Shown piece after piece: positions 30,192-40,002 of a stretch of 64,000 bases of DNA. This stretch comes from an uncultured delta proteobacterium. Lineage in GTDB: Bacteria > Myxococcota > Myxococcia > Myxococcales > Myxococcaceae. The DNA is taken from the NCBI GenBank assembly GCA_963796055.1, contig CAWCKH010000003.1, positions 160,001-224,000 on the forward strand, given 5' to 3'. The stretch's first letter is position 1. The number at the start of each line of letters is the position of its first letter. The translations under genes and the position numbers were made by a program. A model generated the notes under the pieces. It was given only the letters and a program-made list of their open reading frames with translations. It made no database searches and was not told the DNA's origin.

Positions 30192-31958
30192 GTGACCCGA
30201 ATCGTCCCGACCTATCGCACAGCGGGGCCGCTGCTCGCCGGCACCCGGTCGAGCGCCATGCTCGGCCTCGAGGAACGTGAGGCCTCCGCCCGTCCCGTCG
30301 TCCTGGTGTGGGCGCCACCCGAGCTGCCGCGGGACGAGGACCGGTTCTCACAGCTGCAGCGAGACACGCGCCGCGCCGCGACGCTCGATCATCCGCACAT
30401 CGTCAAGGTGCACGGCCTGGCCACGCTGGAGCACGGGCTGGCCCGGGTGGTCGAGTACGTCGACGGCGAGTCGCTACGCGACGTGCTCGAGCACACCGGG
30501 AAGCTCTCCCCGGCCATCGCCGGCCGCATCGCGGTGGACTGTGCGCTGGGCATCCACTACGCGCACGTGGCCGGAAACGACGACGGCACCCCGCTGGTGC
30601 ACGGAGATCTCCGACCGGAGACGGTGATGCTCGCCTTCTCCGGCCGGGCGAAGGTCGGCGGGTACGGCGCGCTCGCGGTGGCTCCCAAGGAGAGCAACGG
30701 GCAGCGGGTGGTGAACCGCCGCCGCTACTGCGCCCCCGAGCAGATCATCGGCGGCCGGGCCGCCCAGACCCCCCAGACCGACGTCTTTCTCCTCGGCCTC
30801 GCGCTCTACGAGTGCCTGACCGGGCGGATGCCCTGGGACAAGGAGACCGACTTCGACCAGGCGGTGGTGAACGCGCAGCTGCCACTGGACGGGCTCCCGC
30901 CCGCCGTGCAGGACCTGCTCCGCAAGGCCACCGCGAAGCGGGCCTCGGATCGACACAAGACCGCGCTCGCCTTCCGGGACGCGGTGGACCAGGTGCTCGC
31001 GCCGCTGGCCAGCCCCGCCCAGCTGTCCGAGCTGCTCGAGCACCACTTCCCCGCCCAGGACTCCCCGCGCGCGGCGCGGAAGCAGGTGCTGGAGGCGGCG
31101 CTGGAGGCCCATGCCCGGGCCTGGGCCTCACACCCGCCGAAGGCCTCCGAGTCGCCCACCATTCCCATGGCCGCGCGCGAGCTGGCCGAGCTCGAGGCGC
31201 CCCGCTTCGACTGGCGCTCGAAGCTGCCGCTGGTGTTCGGGGTGGTGGTGGCAGGCGCGCTGGCCGGGGTGTTCTGGCTGCAGACACGGCACGCGGTGCC
31301 CAGGCCGATGCTCACCGTGCCCCCCGGCCAGGAGCAGGCGGCCCGGGCGAGCGCGCCACCGACGAACGGGACCACCCGGCCGGCGTCCACGGTGGCCACG
31401 GCCACCGCTCCGTCCGCCGCCCCGGCGGTGGACCACGTTGCTGCCGCCGCGGCGACCGCCCCCGTTCCCGCCGCGGCCCCGCCGGCCGCTGCGGCGACCG
31501 CCCCGGCCAGGCCGGCCGTCGCGGCGAAGAGCGACTTCATGACCACCGGGATCGAGCTCGTCACCGATCCCCCGCTGGAGGCGGCGCTGGACAAGAAGCC
31601 GTTCGGGCGCACGCCGATCGTCATCCCGGCCACCCCCGGCAAGCACGTGCTGACGCTCAGCGATCAGGCGAAGGGCATCAACCAGTCCCGGGTGGTGATG
31701 GTGAAGAACGACGGCGTCACCCCGCTCCACCTCACGATGGGGCGCGGGACGCTCTCGGTCCGCGCGCCGCAGGGCGCCCGGGTCATCGTCGATGGCCGCG
31801 TGGTGGGCTCGAGCCCGGTCGACGACCTGCACCTCTTCGAGGGCACGCACCACCTCAAGGTGACGCTCGGGGACGCGATCTGGCAGCAGTCCTTCGTGCT
31901 CCGCAACGAGCAGAGCCTGCGCTACGACGTGGAGCTGAAGCCGACCAACGGCGGCTGA
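30192..31958 (+). CDS. Membrane Ser/Thr kinase-like protein (degenerate, likely pseudokinase) with C-terminal PEGA-like domains
   Basis: LDHPHIVKV, EYVDGESL, HGDLRPE, YCAPEQ, DVFLLG; TM segment; Ala/Pro linker; GRTP and G.SP PEGA motifs. Confidence 0.85.
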   Translation: MTRIVPTYRTAGPLLAGTRSSAMLGLEEREASARPVVLVWAPPELPRDEDRFSQLQRDTRRAATLDHPHIVKVHGLATLEHGLARVVEYVDGESLRDVLEHTGKLSPAIAGRIAVDCALGIHYAHVAGNDDGTPLVHGDLRPETVMLAFSGRAKVGGYGALAVAPKESNGQRVVNRRRYCAPEQIIGGRAAQTPQTDVFLLGLALYECLTGRMPWDKETDFDQAVVNAQLPLDGLPPAVQDLLRKATAKRASDRHKTALAFRDAVDQVLAPLASPAQLSELLEHHFPAQDSPRAARKQVLEAALEAHARAWASHPPKASESPTIPMAARELAELEAPRFDWRSKLPLVFGVVVAGALAGVFWLQTRHAVPRPMLTVPPGQEQAARASAPPTNGTTRPASTVATATAPSAAPAVDHVAAAAATAPVPAAAPPAAAATAPARPAVAAKSDFMTTGIELVTDPPLEAALDKKPFGRTPIVIPATPGKHVLTLSDQAKGINQSRVVMVKNDGVTPLHLTMGRGTLSVRAPQGARVIVDGRVVGSSPVDDLHLFEGTHHLKVTLGDAIWQQSFVLRNEQSLRYDVELKPTNGG

Positions 31959-31977
31959 GCGTGCTGGGTCGCCAGGC

Positions 31978-34119
31978 TCAGCTGGCCCATCGCTGCTCGA
32001 GGACGTCGACGCATCCGTCGCCGCCCACGGGGGGCAGCAACGCCTCCTGCTCCACCGCCAGCATCCTGCCCTCGGGGTCGAGCGCGTCACGGAGTGCCCG
32101 CCATCGCCCATAGCCCGGGTGCTGCGCGCGCACCTCGTCGCCCGTCCAGCCAGGGCTCTGCATCCCGAAGTGCATGGCGAAGCCGGCGCCGCCCAGGGCC
32201 CGGGCCAGGGCGTCCTTGTAGTGGCGCATCATCGGCTCCATGTGCGCCGGCGCTCCCACGAAGAGGCACTCGAATGCGGCGAAGTCCTCCACCGGACCGA
32301 GAAGTGCCGTACCCCCCCGGACGAAGCGGATGTTCGTGGGCCCGGTCTGGAAGGTCCGCGTCCGGGCGCTCCACCGCCGGGCCGCATCGACCAGTGCCCC
32401 CATCGCGAGCAGGAAGCGGTCCTCGCGCAGGGGGACGAAGAACTCGCCGAAGCGCACCCGGACCCCGGCGGTCCCATCGCCGCAATGGAAGACGTTGTAG
32501 CAGCGGTTGACGAAGCGACTGCTCCCCCGTACCGACCAGTCCACGACCCCGGGCACGCTCCGCAGCCGCAGCGCCGGAAGGAGCGCCGGGAGCCGGGAGA
32601 GCACCCAGGGCGCCGCGGCGATGAGCGCGCGCCAGAGCACCGGACGCCGCACGAAGCGGGAATCGCGAGCGAAGGCCTTCGCCGGGACGCGCTCCACGCG
32701 GAGCCCGAGGTCGGAGGGCTCGGAGGCCAGCGCCACCCGGTGGGTGGTGCAGACCTGCGCCCGTCCGGTGTGCGGGTTGAAGAGCACGCTCATCGCGTAG
32801 GCCCGGTGAGGGTGGCCGGAGAAATTCGCGCCGCTTGGAGCGCTCGCCCAGCTCGGGACCGAGGGAACCTCCAGCAGGTGGTACAGGTTGCCTCCGGCCA
32901 GGACCTGCGCCACCTCGGTGAGGTTGCTCTCGGTGGTCCGCTCCTCCAGGTAGAACCGCGGGACCGCCTCCAGCACCAGCGCGTGGATGACCCCGAAGGC
33001 CCCGAGGTTGACGATCGCCGCCCGGAACAGGTCGTCGTCCTGGACCAGGCGGAGCCCAGGTTCCTCGTGCCCGAGCAGAGCGGGATCGGTGATGCCCGGC
33101 ACCGGCTCGACGCGAAGGGGCTCGCCGTCGGCGAGCACCAGGTCGAGGCTGCGCACGGCCGCGGCCATCGTTCCCTGGCCGAGCACCGTCCCGTGGGTCC
33201 CGGTGCTGATCGCCCCGCCCATCGTCTGGCCGTCGTAGCCACCGATGACCGGCAACGCCCACCCTGCCTCCCAGAGCCGGGCGTTCAGCTCGCGCAGCAG
33301 CACGCCCGACCCGACCCGGAACAGGGCCTCACGTCCGGGGAGGTCCGGCCGGAGCGTGTCCCGGCTGCTGCCTGGAGACGGCATCGGGTCGAGGAACCGG
33401 AGCCCTTCCGGATGCACGTAGACCCCCTGGGTGCGGCCCGCGCCGTACGAGTGGCGGCCACCGCCGGCCTTCATGCGGGTTCCGGGCGGAAGCGCCTCGT
33501 GGATCCAGCGGAGCAGCGCGCAGAGGTCTTCGCGCCCGGGACCGGGGCGGACACCGAGCCCCGGGCACCACCGAACGTCGCCGTTGAAGCTGGCGAGTCG
33601 CTCGCCCGGAGTCGGCCGGCCGCTTTCGCCCCGCGCGCGCCAGTGCGCCTGCGCAGCTTCGAGACCGAGGAGCGGCTCGAGCGGGTCCGAGGTGTCGCGG
33701 TATGCGCGGTCCAGCCCGAGGAGGAGCCGGACCGACGAGTCCGGATCCGAGAGATCGAACGGGGCCACCGGGAGCGGGCGTCCATCGGACTGCCCGTGGA
33801 GCGCGTTGCGCAGCGCCCAGACCGCGTGGGCGACGACATCGACCAGGTTCTTCACCACCATCAGGGGACAGGCGAGCAGCTCGAGGATGTCCTGGAGCAG
33901 ACCCACCAGCAGCGCGACCGCCGCCGTCGCCGCCCCGTCACGACGAGCCAGCAGCGGAAGCAGCACCATGCGGTCCGGCAGCAGGTGCAGGACGTCCTCG
34001 GCGATCGCCCGGAGGTTCTGGACGATGGATGCGCGGTGGTGAATGCCGCCGTCGGTGTTGGCCACCGACTCCGGATCGAACCTGCGCCATCCGTTTCCGT
34101 CCTGGTTGGGCCGCTGCAC
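31978..34119 (-). CDS. FAD-linked oxidoreductase, aldonolactone oxidase (ALO/GULO)-like, with N-terminal extension
   Basis: GGRHSY, GSGVLLRELN, TMGGAISTGTHG, NLGAFGVI, C-terminal HFG and DPEGR. Start uncertain. Confidence 0.8.
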   Translation of the reverse strand: MQRPNQDGNGWRRFDPESVANTDGGIHHRASIVQNLRAIAEDVLHLLPDRMVLLPLLARRDGAATAAVALLVGLLQDILELLACPLMVVKNLVDVVAHAVWALRNALHGQSDGRPLPVAPFDLSDPDSSVRLLLGLDRAYRDTSDPLEPLLGLEAAQAHWRARGESGRPTPGERLASFNGDVRWCPGLGVRPGPGREDLCALLRWIHEALPPGTRMKAGGGRHSYGAGRTQGVYVHPEGLRFLDPMPSPGSSRDTLRPDLPGREALFRVGSGVLLRELNARLWEAGWALPVIGGYDGQTMGGAISTGTHGTVLGQGTMAAAVRSLDLVLADGEPLRVEPVPGITDPALLGHEEPGLRLVQDDDLFRAAIVNLGAFGVIHALVLEAVPRFYLEERTTESNLTEVAQVLAGGNLYHLLEVPSVPSWASAPSGANFSGHPHRAYAMSVLFNPHTGRAQVCTTHRVALASEPSDLGLRVERVPAKAFARDSRFVRRPVLWRALIAAAPWVLSRLPALLPALRLRSVPGVVDWSVRGSSRFVNRCYNVFHCGDGTAGVRVRFGEFFVPLREDRFLLAMGALVDAARRWSARTRTFQTGPTNIRFVRGGTALLGPVEDFAAFECLFVGAPAHMEPMMRHYKDALARALGGAGFAMHFGMQSPGWTGDEVRAQHPGYGRWRALRDALDPEGRMLAVEQEALLPPVGGDGCVDVLEQRWAS

Positions 34120-34241
34120 GGCACCACCCCGAGCACCGGATGTGCCAGCAGGCGGTCCGTGGGATTGCAGGCGCTAGGGAGAGATCAGAGCTGCGCGCGG
34201 TGTGCAGGACCGGAGCGGGTCCGTGCAACGCGCTTCACGAT

Positions 34242-34631
34242 CTAGCCGTCGGGGTGGTGGCTGAGCGCGACCCGGTTCCCCTCGGGGTCGCGGACGTAGA
34301 GGGTCCACCGGGTCTCGTGCACCAGCGGGACCCCGCGGCGCTCGAGCTCGGCGCGGATGCGCTCCCGGTCGGCGCGGGCAATCCGCAGCGCGACCAGGAA
34401 CAGCCCCGGACGGCCGTCGCGGTAGCCCGGGTCGGGCGACGGCGCCGTCTCCACCCGCTCCAGGGCGAGGAACCCTCCCCCACCCACGTCGAGCCAGATG
34501 CTCCTCAAGCCCCCGTCGGCGGCGTGGTGCCGCTCGATCTCGGCCAGACCGAGCACCTCCCGGTAGAACCCGGCCACGTCCTCCAGGGCCTTCACCTGGA
34601 TGGCGAGGTGGTGAAAGCCCTGCACCCTCAT
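34242..34631 (-). CDS. VOC/glyoxalase family protein
   Basis: FHHLAIQV..LE....FYREVLGL, LYVRDPEGNRVAL. Confidence 0.9.
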   Translation of the reverse strand: MRVQGFHHLAIQVKALEDVAGFYREVLGLAEIERHHAADGGLRSIWLDVGGGGFLALERVETAPSPDPGYRDGRPGLFLVALRIARADRERIRAELERRGVPLVHETRWTLYVRDPEGNRVALSHHPDG

Positions 34632-35584
34632 CCCGGCGCTCCGGGGTTCCAGGGCGCCATCGGACCCACCGGCCGGGCGTCCACCACCTCCGGGCCCACC
34701 AGGGTCGCGCGGGGGACGGGCGTGGGCGGCACCGGGACGGGCGGCGGAGGCGACAGCGCCCCTTCCCGGTCGAGCACCAGCGCCGCGAGGGCGTCGAGGC
34801 GGATGAGCGTGGCGAGCGCCTCCACCAGCGCGACCAGCAACACGGCGATGCCCGCGGCAGCCGCGGCGGCCACCCCGGGCCCGGGCGCTCCGGCGGCGAG
34901 GACCTGGACGCCGCCGGCGAGCAGACCGGCCGGGACGGCGCTGATCAGCCAGGCGAGAATCAGGAACCCGGGACGGGCCAGCAAGGTCCGCAGCGCCTCC
35001 CCGGCGGCGACGGTGAAGCGCACCGGGCGCACCACCGAGACTACCAGTCCGAGCTCGAGCCAGAGGGCCGCCGCCGGACCGAGGAAGGCGCCCAGGCTGA
35101 GGACCAGGGCCACTCCGACGGCACCGAGCGCCGACACCGCGGGGCCTCCGAGCACCAGCGCCAGCCCGCTGGCCACGAGCACGCACCAGAACCAGGTGCT
35201 CAGCAGGGTGTCGACGATGGCCGCGGCGGCCGCCCAGACGATGCCCCGAAGGCCGGCGGTCGCAGGCGCGACGCCGTCGGGGATGGACCCGCGCCGCAGG
35301 CCGGCCGCCCCATCGCGGACGGCGAGGGCGAGCACCACCGCCCGGCCGAGCGACGCCGCGAGGAGGAGACCCGCCCCCCCGAGCAGCAAGGTCTCCTCGA
35401 GCCGGAGGGCAGGATCGGCGAGGAAGAGCGCGGGCCACAGCACCCGCTGGACCACCTGGGCCATGGCCAGCACCCCGGCGAGCGCCAGGAGCGGCAACAG
35501 GGAAGATACCGCGGCGCGTGCGCCGAGCCGGAGAAGCCACCCGGCGCGCGCGGGCGGGGGCGTGGCGGCGGCCGCCGAGCTCAT
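34628..35584 (-). CDS. Hypothetical multi-pass membrane protein
   Basis: Highly hydrophobic C-terminal part of ORF 34628..36586 from ATG 35584; 4-bp overlaps with mlaD and the VOC gene. Confidence 0.7.
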   Translation of the reverse strand: MSSAAAATPPPARAGWLLRLGARAAVSSLLPLLALAGVLAMAQVVQRVLWPALFLADPALRLEETLLLGGAGLLLAASLGRAVVLALAVRDGAAGLRRGSIPDGVAPATAGLRGIVWAAAAAIVDTLLSTWFWCVLVASGLALVLGGPAVSALGAVGVALVLSLGAFLGPAAALWLELGLVVSVVRPVRFTVAAGEALRTLLARPGFLILAWLISAVPAGLLAGGVQVLAAGAPGPGVAAAAAAGIAVLLVALVEALATLIRLDALAALVLDREGALSPPPPVPVPPTPVPRATLVGPEVVDARPVGPMAPWNPGAPG

Positions 35585-36780
35585 CGGGTCGCCGCGTCGG
35601 TCCGGGGCGGAGCCGATCCCGGCGCGGCCGCGCCCGTGCTCGGGGACTTGCCGTCGGTGGGGCGCCCGGACTGCTCCAGCCCCCCCTTGTTGCTCACCGT
35701 GATCCGCACCAGCTCCTGGAGCACCTTGTTCCGCTTCACGTTTCCCAGCACGGTCCGCAGGTCGTCGTACACGCTGGGATCCACCACCAGCGCGCCCAGC
35801 GTCCCCTCCCCGGCGCGGATCTTCCCGGTGATGACCCGGAGGTCCTCGGACATCGCCCCCAGGTTCTCGAAGAGGTTCCGGGCGTCGCCGTAGACCAGCT
35901 GGTGGACCGCCCCGTTCTCGGTGGTGCGCGCGTCGTGGAGCAGGGTGGCAATCTCCCCGGCAGCGTCGCCGAGCTGGCCCACCGCCTTTCCCCCCTTCGG
36001 GTCGTAGAGGAGCGCGTGGAGCGCACCGTCGCCGGTGCGCGCGCCCTCGAGCACCAGCGAGATCTGCTCCAGGGCCCGCTCGGCCTGGGTGGAGACGGCC
36101 GCCGCCTTCACCAGGAGGCGATGGACCTCGTCGGCGCCCTTCGCATCGTAGACCAGCGCGTGGAGCGCGCCGTTCCCCCGCTCGATGGTCCCGAGGATGT
36201 TCCGGGTGCTGGTGATGATGCCGACGAGGTTCTTGGATACCTCGGGATCGCCGAAGGCGTCGGTGAGCTTGCGCACGCTCTCGCTGCTGGCCACCAGGTT
36301 GTCCATCAGCGCCCCGCCGTGCTTGAGCAGCGAGGCCAGATCGCCGGACGAGCCGCTGGGGATGGCGCCGTTGGGCGGGATCGGGTCCCCCTCGGAGGTG
36401 CCGAGCGAGATGTCGATCGCCTTGTCGCCGAGCACCCCCCGGCCCCCCACCCGCGCCACGCAGTCGGTGCGGACGCGGGGAGCGAAGGTCTTGGACATCT
36501 CGAGGACCACGTCGATCTTCTTGTCCCCCAGGTCCGGGGAGAAGGAGATGGACACCACCCGGCCCACCTCCAGGCCGCCGAGCCACACCGGCGAGTCGCG
36601 CTTGAGGCCCTCCACGTTCTCGAAGAAGGCGTGGTAGCGGACCTGCCGCTCGAAGAGGCGGTTCTCCTTGCCGATCAGGAGGATCACCAGGCCGAAGAGG
36701 ACCAGGGCCAGCCCCACGAACAGACCCGCCCGGACGACGAGCCTTCGTTCGCGCTGGGTGGCTGTCTCGGTGCTCACCAT
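35581..36780 (-). CDS. mlaD: MCE/MlaD family protein with long helical extension
   Basis: TM then FENVEGLKRDSPVWLGGLEVGRV, GVLGDKAIDI, GEGTLGALVVDPSVYDDL. Confidence 0.88.
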   Translation of the reverse strand: MVSTETATQRERRLVVRAGLFVGLALVLFGLVILLIGKENRLFERQVRYHAFFENVEGLKRDSPVWLGGLEVGRVVSISFSPDLGDKKIDVVLEMSKTFAPRVRTDCVARVGGRGVLGDKAIDISLGTSEGDPIPPNGAIPSGSSGDLASLLKHGGALMDNLVASSESVRKLTDAFGDPEVSKNLVGIITSTRNILGTIERGNGALHALVYDAKGADEVHRLLVKAAAVSTQAERALEQISLVLEGARTGDGALHALLYDPKGGKAVGQLGDAAGEIATLLHDARTTENGAVHQLVYGDARNLFENLGAMSEDLRVITGKIRAGEGTLGALVVDPSVYDDLRTVLGNVKRNKVLQELVRITVSNKGGLEQSGRPTDGKSPSTGAAAPGSAPPRTDAATR

Positions 36781-36785
36781 CGGGG

Positions 36786-37571
36786 TCAGTCCGGTCGCGC
36801 CTCGCCCTTGCGGGCGTCGAGGAAGGCCCGGACCTCCTTGGCGGTGCTGGCCCTCATCTCGGCCACGGTGCCCACCTGCACGATGTGCCGGTTGGCGAGC
36901 AGCGCGACGCGGTCCGACACCGTGAACGCGCTCTGCATGTCGTGGGTGACGACGATGGAGGTGCAGTGCAGCTTGGCCCGCATGCTCCGGATCAGCTCGT
37001 CGATGGTACGGGTGCTGATCGGGTCCAGACCGGTGGTGGGCTCGTCCCAGAGGATGACCTCCGGCTGGGTGGCGATCGCCCGCGCCAGGCCCACCCGGCG
37101 CCGCATGCCGCCCGAGAGGTCCGAGGGCCGCATGGCCTCGATGCCCGGCAGGTTCACCAGGGCCAGCACCCGCGCCACCCGGGACGCCCGCTCCTCTTCG
37201 GGCATGTCCGGGAAGTGCTCCTTGAGCGGGTACTCGATGTTCTCCCCGACCGAGATGCTGTCGAAGAGAGCGGAGGCCTGGAACACGAAGCCCACCCGGC
37301 GGCGGATGGGGAGGAACTCCTGCTCGCCATAGCCCGAGAGGTCCTGCCCGTCGAAGAGGATCCGGCCGCCGTCGGGGTCCATCAGCCCGATGAGGCACTT
37401 GAGGAGCACGCTCTTGCCGACGCCCGAGCCGCCGATGACGGCGAGGGTCTCGCCCTTGCGCACCTCGAGCGACAGGTCGTCGAACACGACCTTGGGGCCG
37501 AAGGCCTTGTGGAGCCCCTCGAAGCGGATGAGCGCCTCGGACGAAGCGGGCGTGGGGAGGGGGGCGGTCAC
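36786..37571 (-). CDS. mlaF: MlaF-type ABC transporter ATPase
   Basis: GGSGVGKS, LSGGMRRRVGLARA, DEPTTGLDP, VTHD. Confidence 0.92.
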   Translation of the reverse strand: MTAPLPTPASSEALIRFEGLHKAFGPKVVFDDLSLEVRKGETLAVIGGSGVGKSVLLKCLIGLMDPDGGRILFDGQDLSGYGEQEFLPIRRRVGFVFQASALFDSISVGENIEYPLKEHFPDMPEEERASRVARVLALVNLPGIEAMRPSDLSGGMRRRVGLARAIATQPEVILWDEPTTGLDPISTRTIDELIRSMRAKLHCTSIVVTHDMQSAFTVSDRVALLANRHIVQVGTVAEMRASTAKEVRAFLDARKGEARPD

Positions 37572-38419
37572 GTGATGGTGAGGAGAAGCTTGGTCAGGAA
37601 GAAATCGGCGAGCAAGACGGCGACCGAGGCGACGGCCACAGTCTGGGTGGTGGCTCGCCCTACCCCCTCGGTCCCACCCTGGACGTGGAAGCCCTTGTAG
37701 CAGCCCACCACCGCGATGATCAGGCCGAAGACCACGGATTTGCCCACGCCGGAGAGGAAGTCGCTCTCGTCCACGGTCTCCAGCGCCGAGGAGAAGAACT
37801 GGGCGAAGGAGATGTCGTACTCGAACTTGGTCACCGCGGCCCCGGCGATGAAGCCGGTGACGTCGGCGAGCACGGTGAGCATCGGCATCACCACCAGGCA
37901 GGCGTAGACCCGGGGAACGACCAGCTTCTTGATCGGATCGGCCCCCAGGGCGCGCACCGCGTCCACCTGCTCGGTGACGGTCATCGAGCCGAGCTCGGCG
38001 GCGATGCCGCTGCCGATCCGCGCTCCCACGGTGAGCGCGGTCAGCACCGGGGCGAGCTCGCGGAAGAGCGTGAGCACCACCACCTTCCCCACGGTGTGCT
38101 GCACGCCGAAGCGGGCGAGGAAGAAGCCGAACTGGATGGCGATGACCAGCCCGGCGAAGGCGGCGGTCAAGGTACCGATGGCGACCGAGCGGGCCCCGAG
38201 CGACTCCACCTGGTACACCACCGCTGCGAGGCTGGAGGGCGGCTGAAGACCGCGGGCCAGCGCCCGGGCGCCGAGGACGAACATTCCGCCCATCTGCTCC
38301 ATCCCGGCGCGAACCTTGGCAGTGAAGGGGATGAGGCTCTCCAGCTCCTGGCCCACGATGGACCCGAGCGACTCGCGGTCGGATTCCTCGGAGCTGTACT
38401 CGTCGTCGGGGGCGGTCAC
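37568..38419 (-). CDS. mlaE: MlaE-type ABC permease
   Basis: RELAPVLTAL, AELGSMTVTEQVDA, GGTEGVGRATT. Confidence 0.93.
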   Translation of the reverse strand: MTAPDDEYSSEESDRESLGSIVGQELESLIPFTAKVRAGMEQMGGMFVLGARALARGLQPPSSLAAVVYQVESLGARSVAIGTLTAAFAGLVIAIQFGFFLARFGVQHTVGKVVVLTLFRELAPVLTALTVGARIGSGIAAELGSMTVTEQVDAVRALGADPIKKLVVPRVYACLVVMPMLTVLADVTGFIAGAAVTKFEYDISFAQFFSSALETVDESDFLSGVGKSVVFGLIIAVVGCYKGFHVQGGTEGVGRATTQTVAVASVAVLLADFFLTKLLLTIT

Positions 38420-38922
38420 TTCACGCGCTCCGTGGCGAAGCCCTGCACCAGCCTGGCGAGCGCCTGGGCCTGGTCGTCGTAGGCGCCGAGCGGGCTGGTG
38501 TAGGTGAAGTCGTAGATGCAGCCATCCTTCTTCAGGGTCCAGAGCCCCAGCTCCACCGCGACGCCGTCGAGCTTCGCCCGCCAGCGCGAGAAGAGCGCCG
38601 CCCGTCCGTCCACCATCTCCTCACGCTCCTCGACCCGCTCGGCCTGGGTGAAGCCCACCAGCTGCTGCCGGCGCAGCGCCGTGAGCGGGGCCTCCTTGTA
38701 GTCGTGGCACATCGAGCTGACCGACAGCGTGTGTGCGCTGGAGTCTCGCACCCAGGCCACGTCCACGTCGCCCAGCGACACGCGGCGCCAGTCCGGGCCG
38801 GGGTCGCCGAAGCGGTAGCGGGTCCGTTCGGTGATGACCTCGTCCTGCCGGACCTTCACTCCCGAGCAGGCCGCGAGGGCGAGGGCGCCGAGCAGCAGAG
38901 CAGCCACGAAACGGGGGGGCAC
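38416..38922 (-). CDS. Putative lipoprotein (PsbP/DcrB-like fold possible)
   Basis: Lipobox LAAC after a hydrophobic stretch; KKDGCIYDFTY; GTGA overlap with mlaE. Confidence 0.7.
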   Translation of the reverse strand: MPPRFVAALLLGALALAACSGVKVRQDEVITERTRYRFGDPGPDWRRVSLGDVDVAWVRDSSAHTLSVSSMCHDYKEAPLTALRRQQLVGFTQAERVEEREEMVDGRAALFSRWRAKLDGVAVELGLWTLKKDGCIYDFTYTSPLGAYDDQAQALARLVQGFATERVK

Positions 38923-38990
38923 GGGTGAATCGAGACCTTCCCACAGCCATGCCGCCGAGTTGCACTCCTTTCCGGCCGAGCGCGAAAGTG

Positions 38991-39019
38991 TTGACTCTGC
39001 ACGCCCGTTCAGGCAGGGT
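38991..39019 (+). promoter_or_regulatory. lexA promoter with myxobacterial LexA (SOS) box
   Basis: -35 TTGACT (38991-38996) directly followed by CTGCACGCCCGTTCAGG (38997-39013), which matches the Myxococcus consensus CTRHAMRYBYGTTCAGS. Confidence 0.85.
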
Positions 39020-39055
39020 TGAACTCGCTTGGAGAGCGTCCGGCGGAGGGCAACG

Positions 39056-39709
39056 ATGGAAGAGCTGACGGGCAGACAGCGCGAGATCCTGCACTTCATC
39101 GTCCGGCAGACCGAGGAGCGCGGGTTCCCTCCGACCATCCGGGAGATCGGAGAGGAGATGGACATCCGCTCCACCAACGGGGTGAACGACCACCTCAAGG
39201 CCCTGGAGCGCAAGGGCTACCTTCTCCGGGGCGAGCAGCAGTCACGGGCGCTGGTGCCCACCAAGCGGGCTCGCCTGGTGCTGGGCATGGGCGCGCCGCG
39301 GCGGGACTCGGGGATGATCGAGGTCCCGCTGCTCGGCAAGGTGGCGGCCGGTGCGCCCCTGCTCGCGGTGGAGAACGTGGAGGACTCGGTCCGGATCGAC
39401 AGTTTCCTGCTCGGGGGGAACGGCAAGGAAGTGTTCGCGCTCCGGGTGAAGGGCGACTCGATGGTGGACGACGGCATCCACGACGGGGACTACCTCTTCG
39501 TGCGCAAGACGCCGACCGCGCGCGAGGGGGAGATCGTGGTGGCGCTCATCGAGGACGAGGCCACCTGCAAGCGCTACTACCCCGAGGGCGACCGGATCCG
39601 GTTCCAGCCGGCGAACAAGACCATGGCGCCGATCTACGTCCACAAGACCCAGTTCCGCTCGACGATGATCCTCGGGCAGGTGGTGGGCGTGTACCGCAAG
39701 GTGCACTGA
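39056..39709 (+). CDS. lexA: LexA repressor
   Basis: [10 protein letters not shown]...[14 protein letters not shown] cleavage site, GDSM, ATCKR; GGAGG SD. Confidence 0.96.
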   Translation: MEELTGRQREILHFIVRQTEERGFPPTIREIGEEMDIRSTNGVNDHLKALERKGYLLRGEQQSRALVPTKRARLVLGMGAPRRDSGMIEVPLLGKVAAGAPLLAVENVEDSVRIDSFLLGGNGKEVFALRVKGDSMVDDGIHDGDYLFVRKTPTAREGEIVVALIEDEATCKRYYPEGDRIRFQPANKTMAPIYVHKTQFRSTMILGQVVGVYRKVH

Positions 39710-39748
39710 GGGGGAACGCCGCGCCGGAGGCGCGCTGCCCCGGGCTCC

Positions 39749-39970
39749 TCACAGCCAGCGGCGGGGAGGCGTGGCGCGGCGCCGCGCGAAATCCCCGAAG
39801 AGCGACTCGACCCGTTCGCGTGGCGACCCGCCCTGCCCCGTGTCCAGCGAGAGCGGTCGCTCCTGGACGAAGACCTCACGGTCGGCCTCGAGCACGGTGA
39901 AGGCGGCGTGCTCCCACGCGTAGAGGGCGCCGGACTCGACTCTCGTCGAGGGCGGCGGCTGACTTCGCAC
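39749..39970 (-). CDS. Small hypothetical protein (73 aa)
   Basis: Fills the gap downstream of the M23 gene on the same strand; no recognised motif. Confidence 0.4.
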   Translation of the reverse strand: MRSQPPPSTRVESGALYAWEHAAFTVLEADREVFVQERPLSLDTGQGGSPRERVESLFGDFARRRATPPRRWL

Positions 39971-40002
39971 CGAGCGGATTGCCTCACCTGGACCGGGGCC
40001 GC

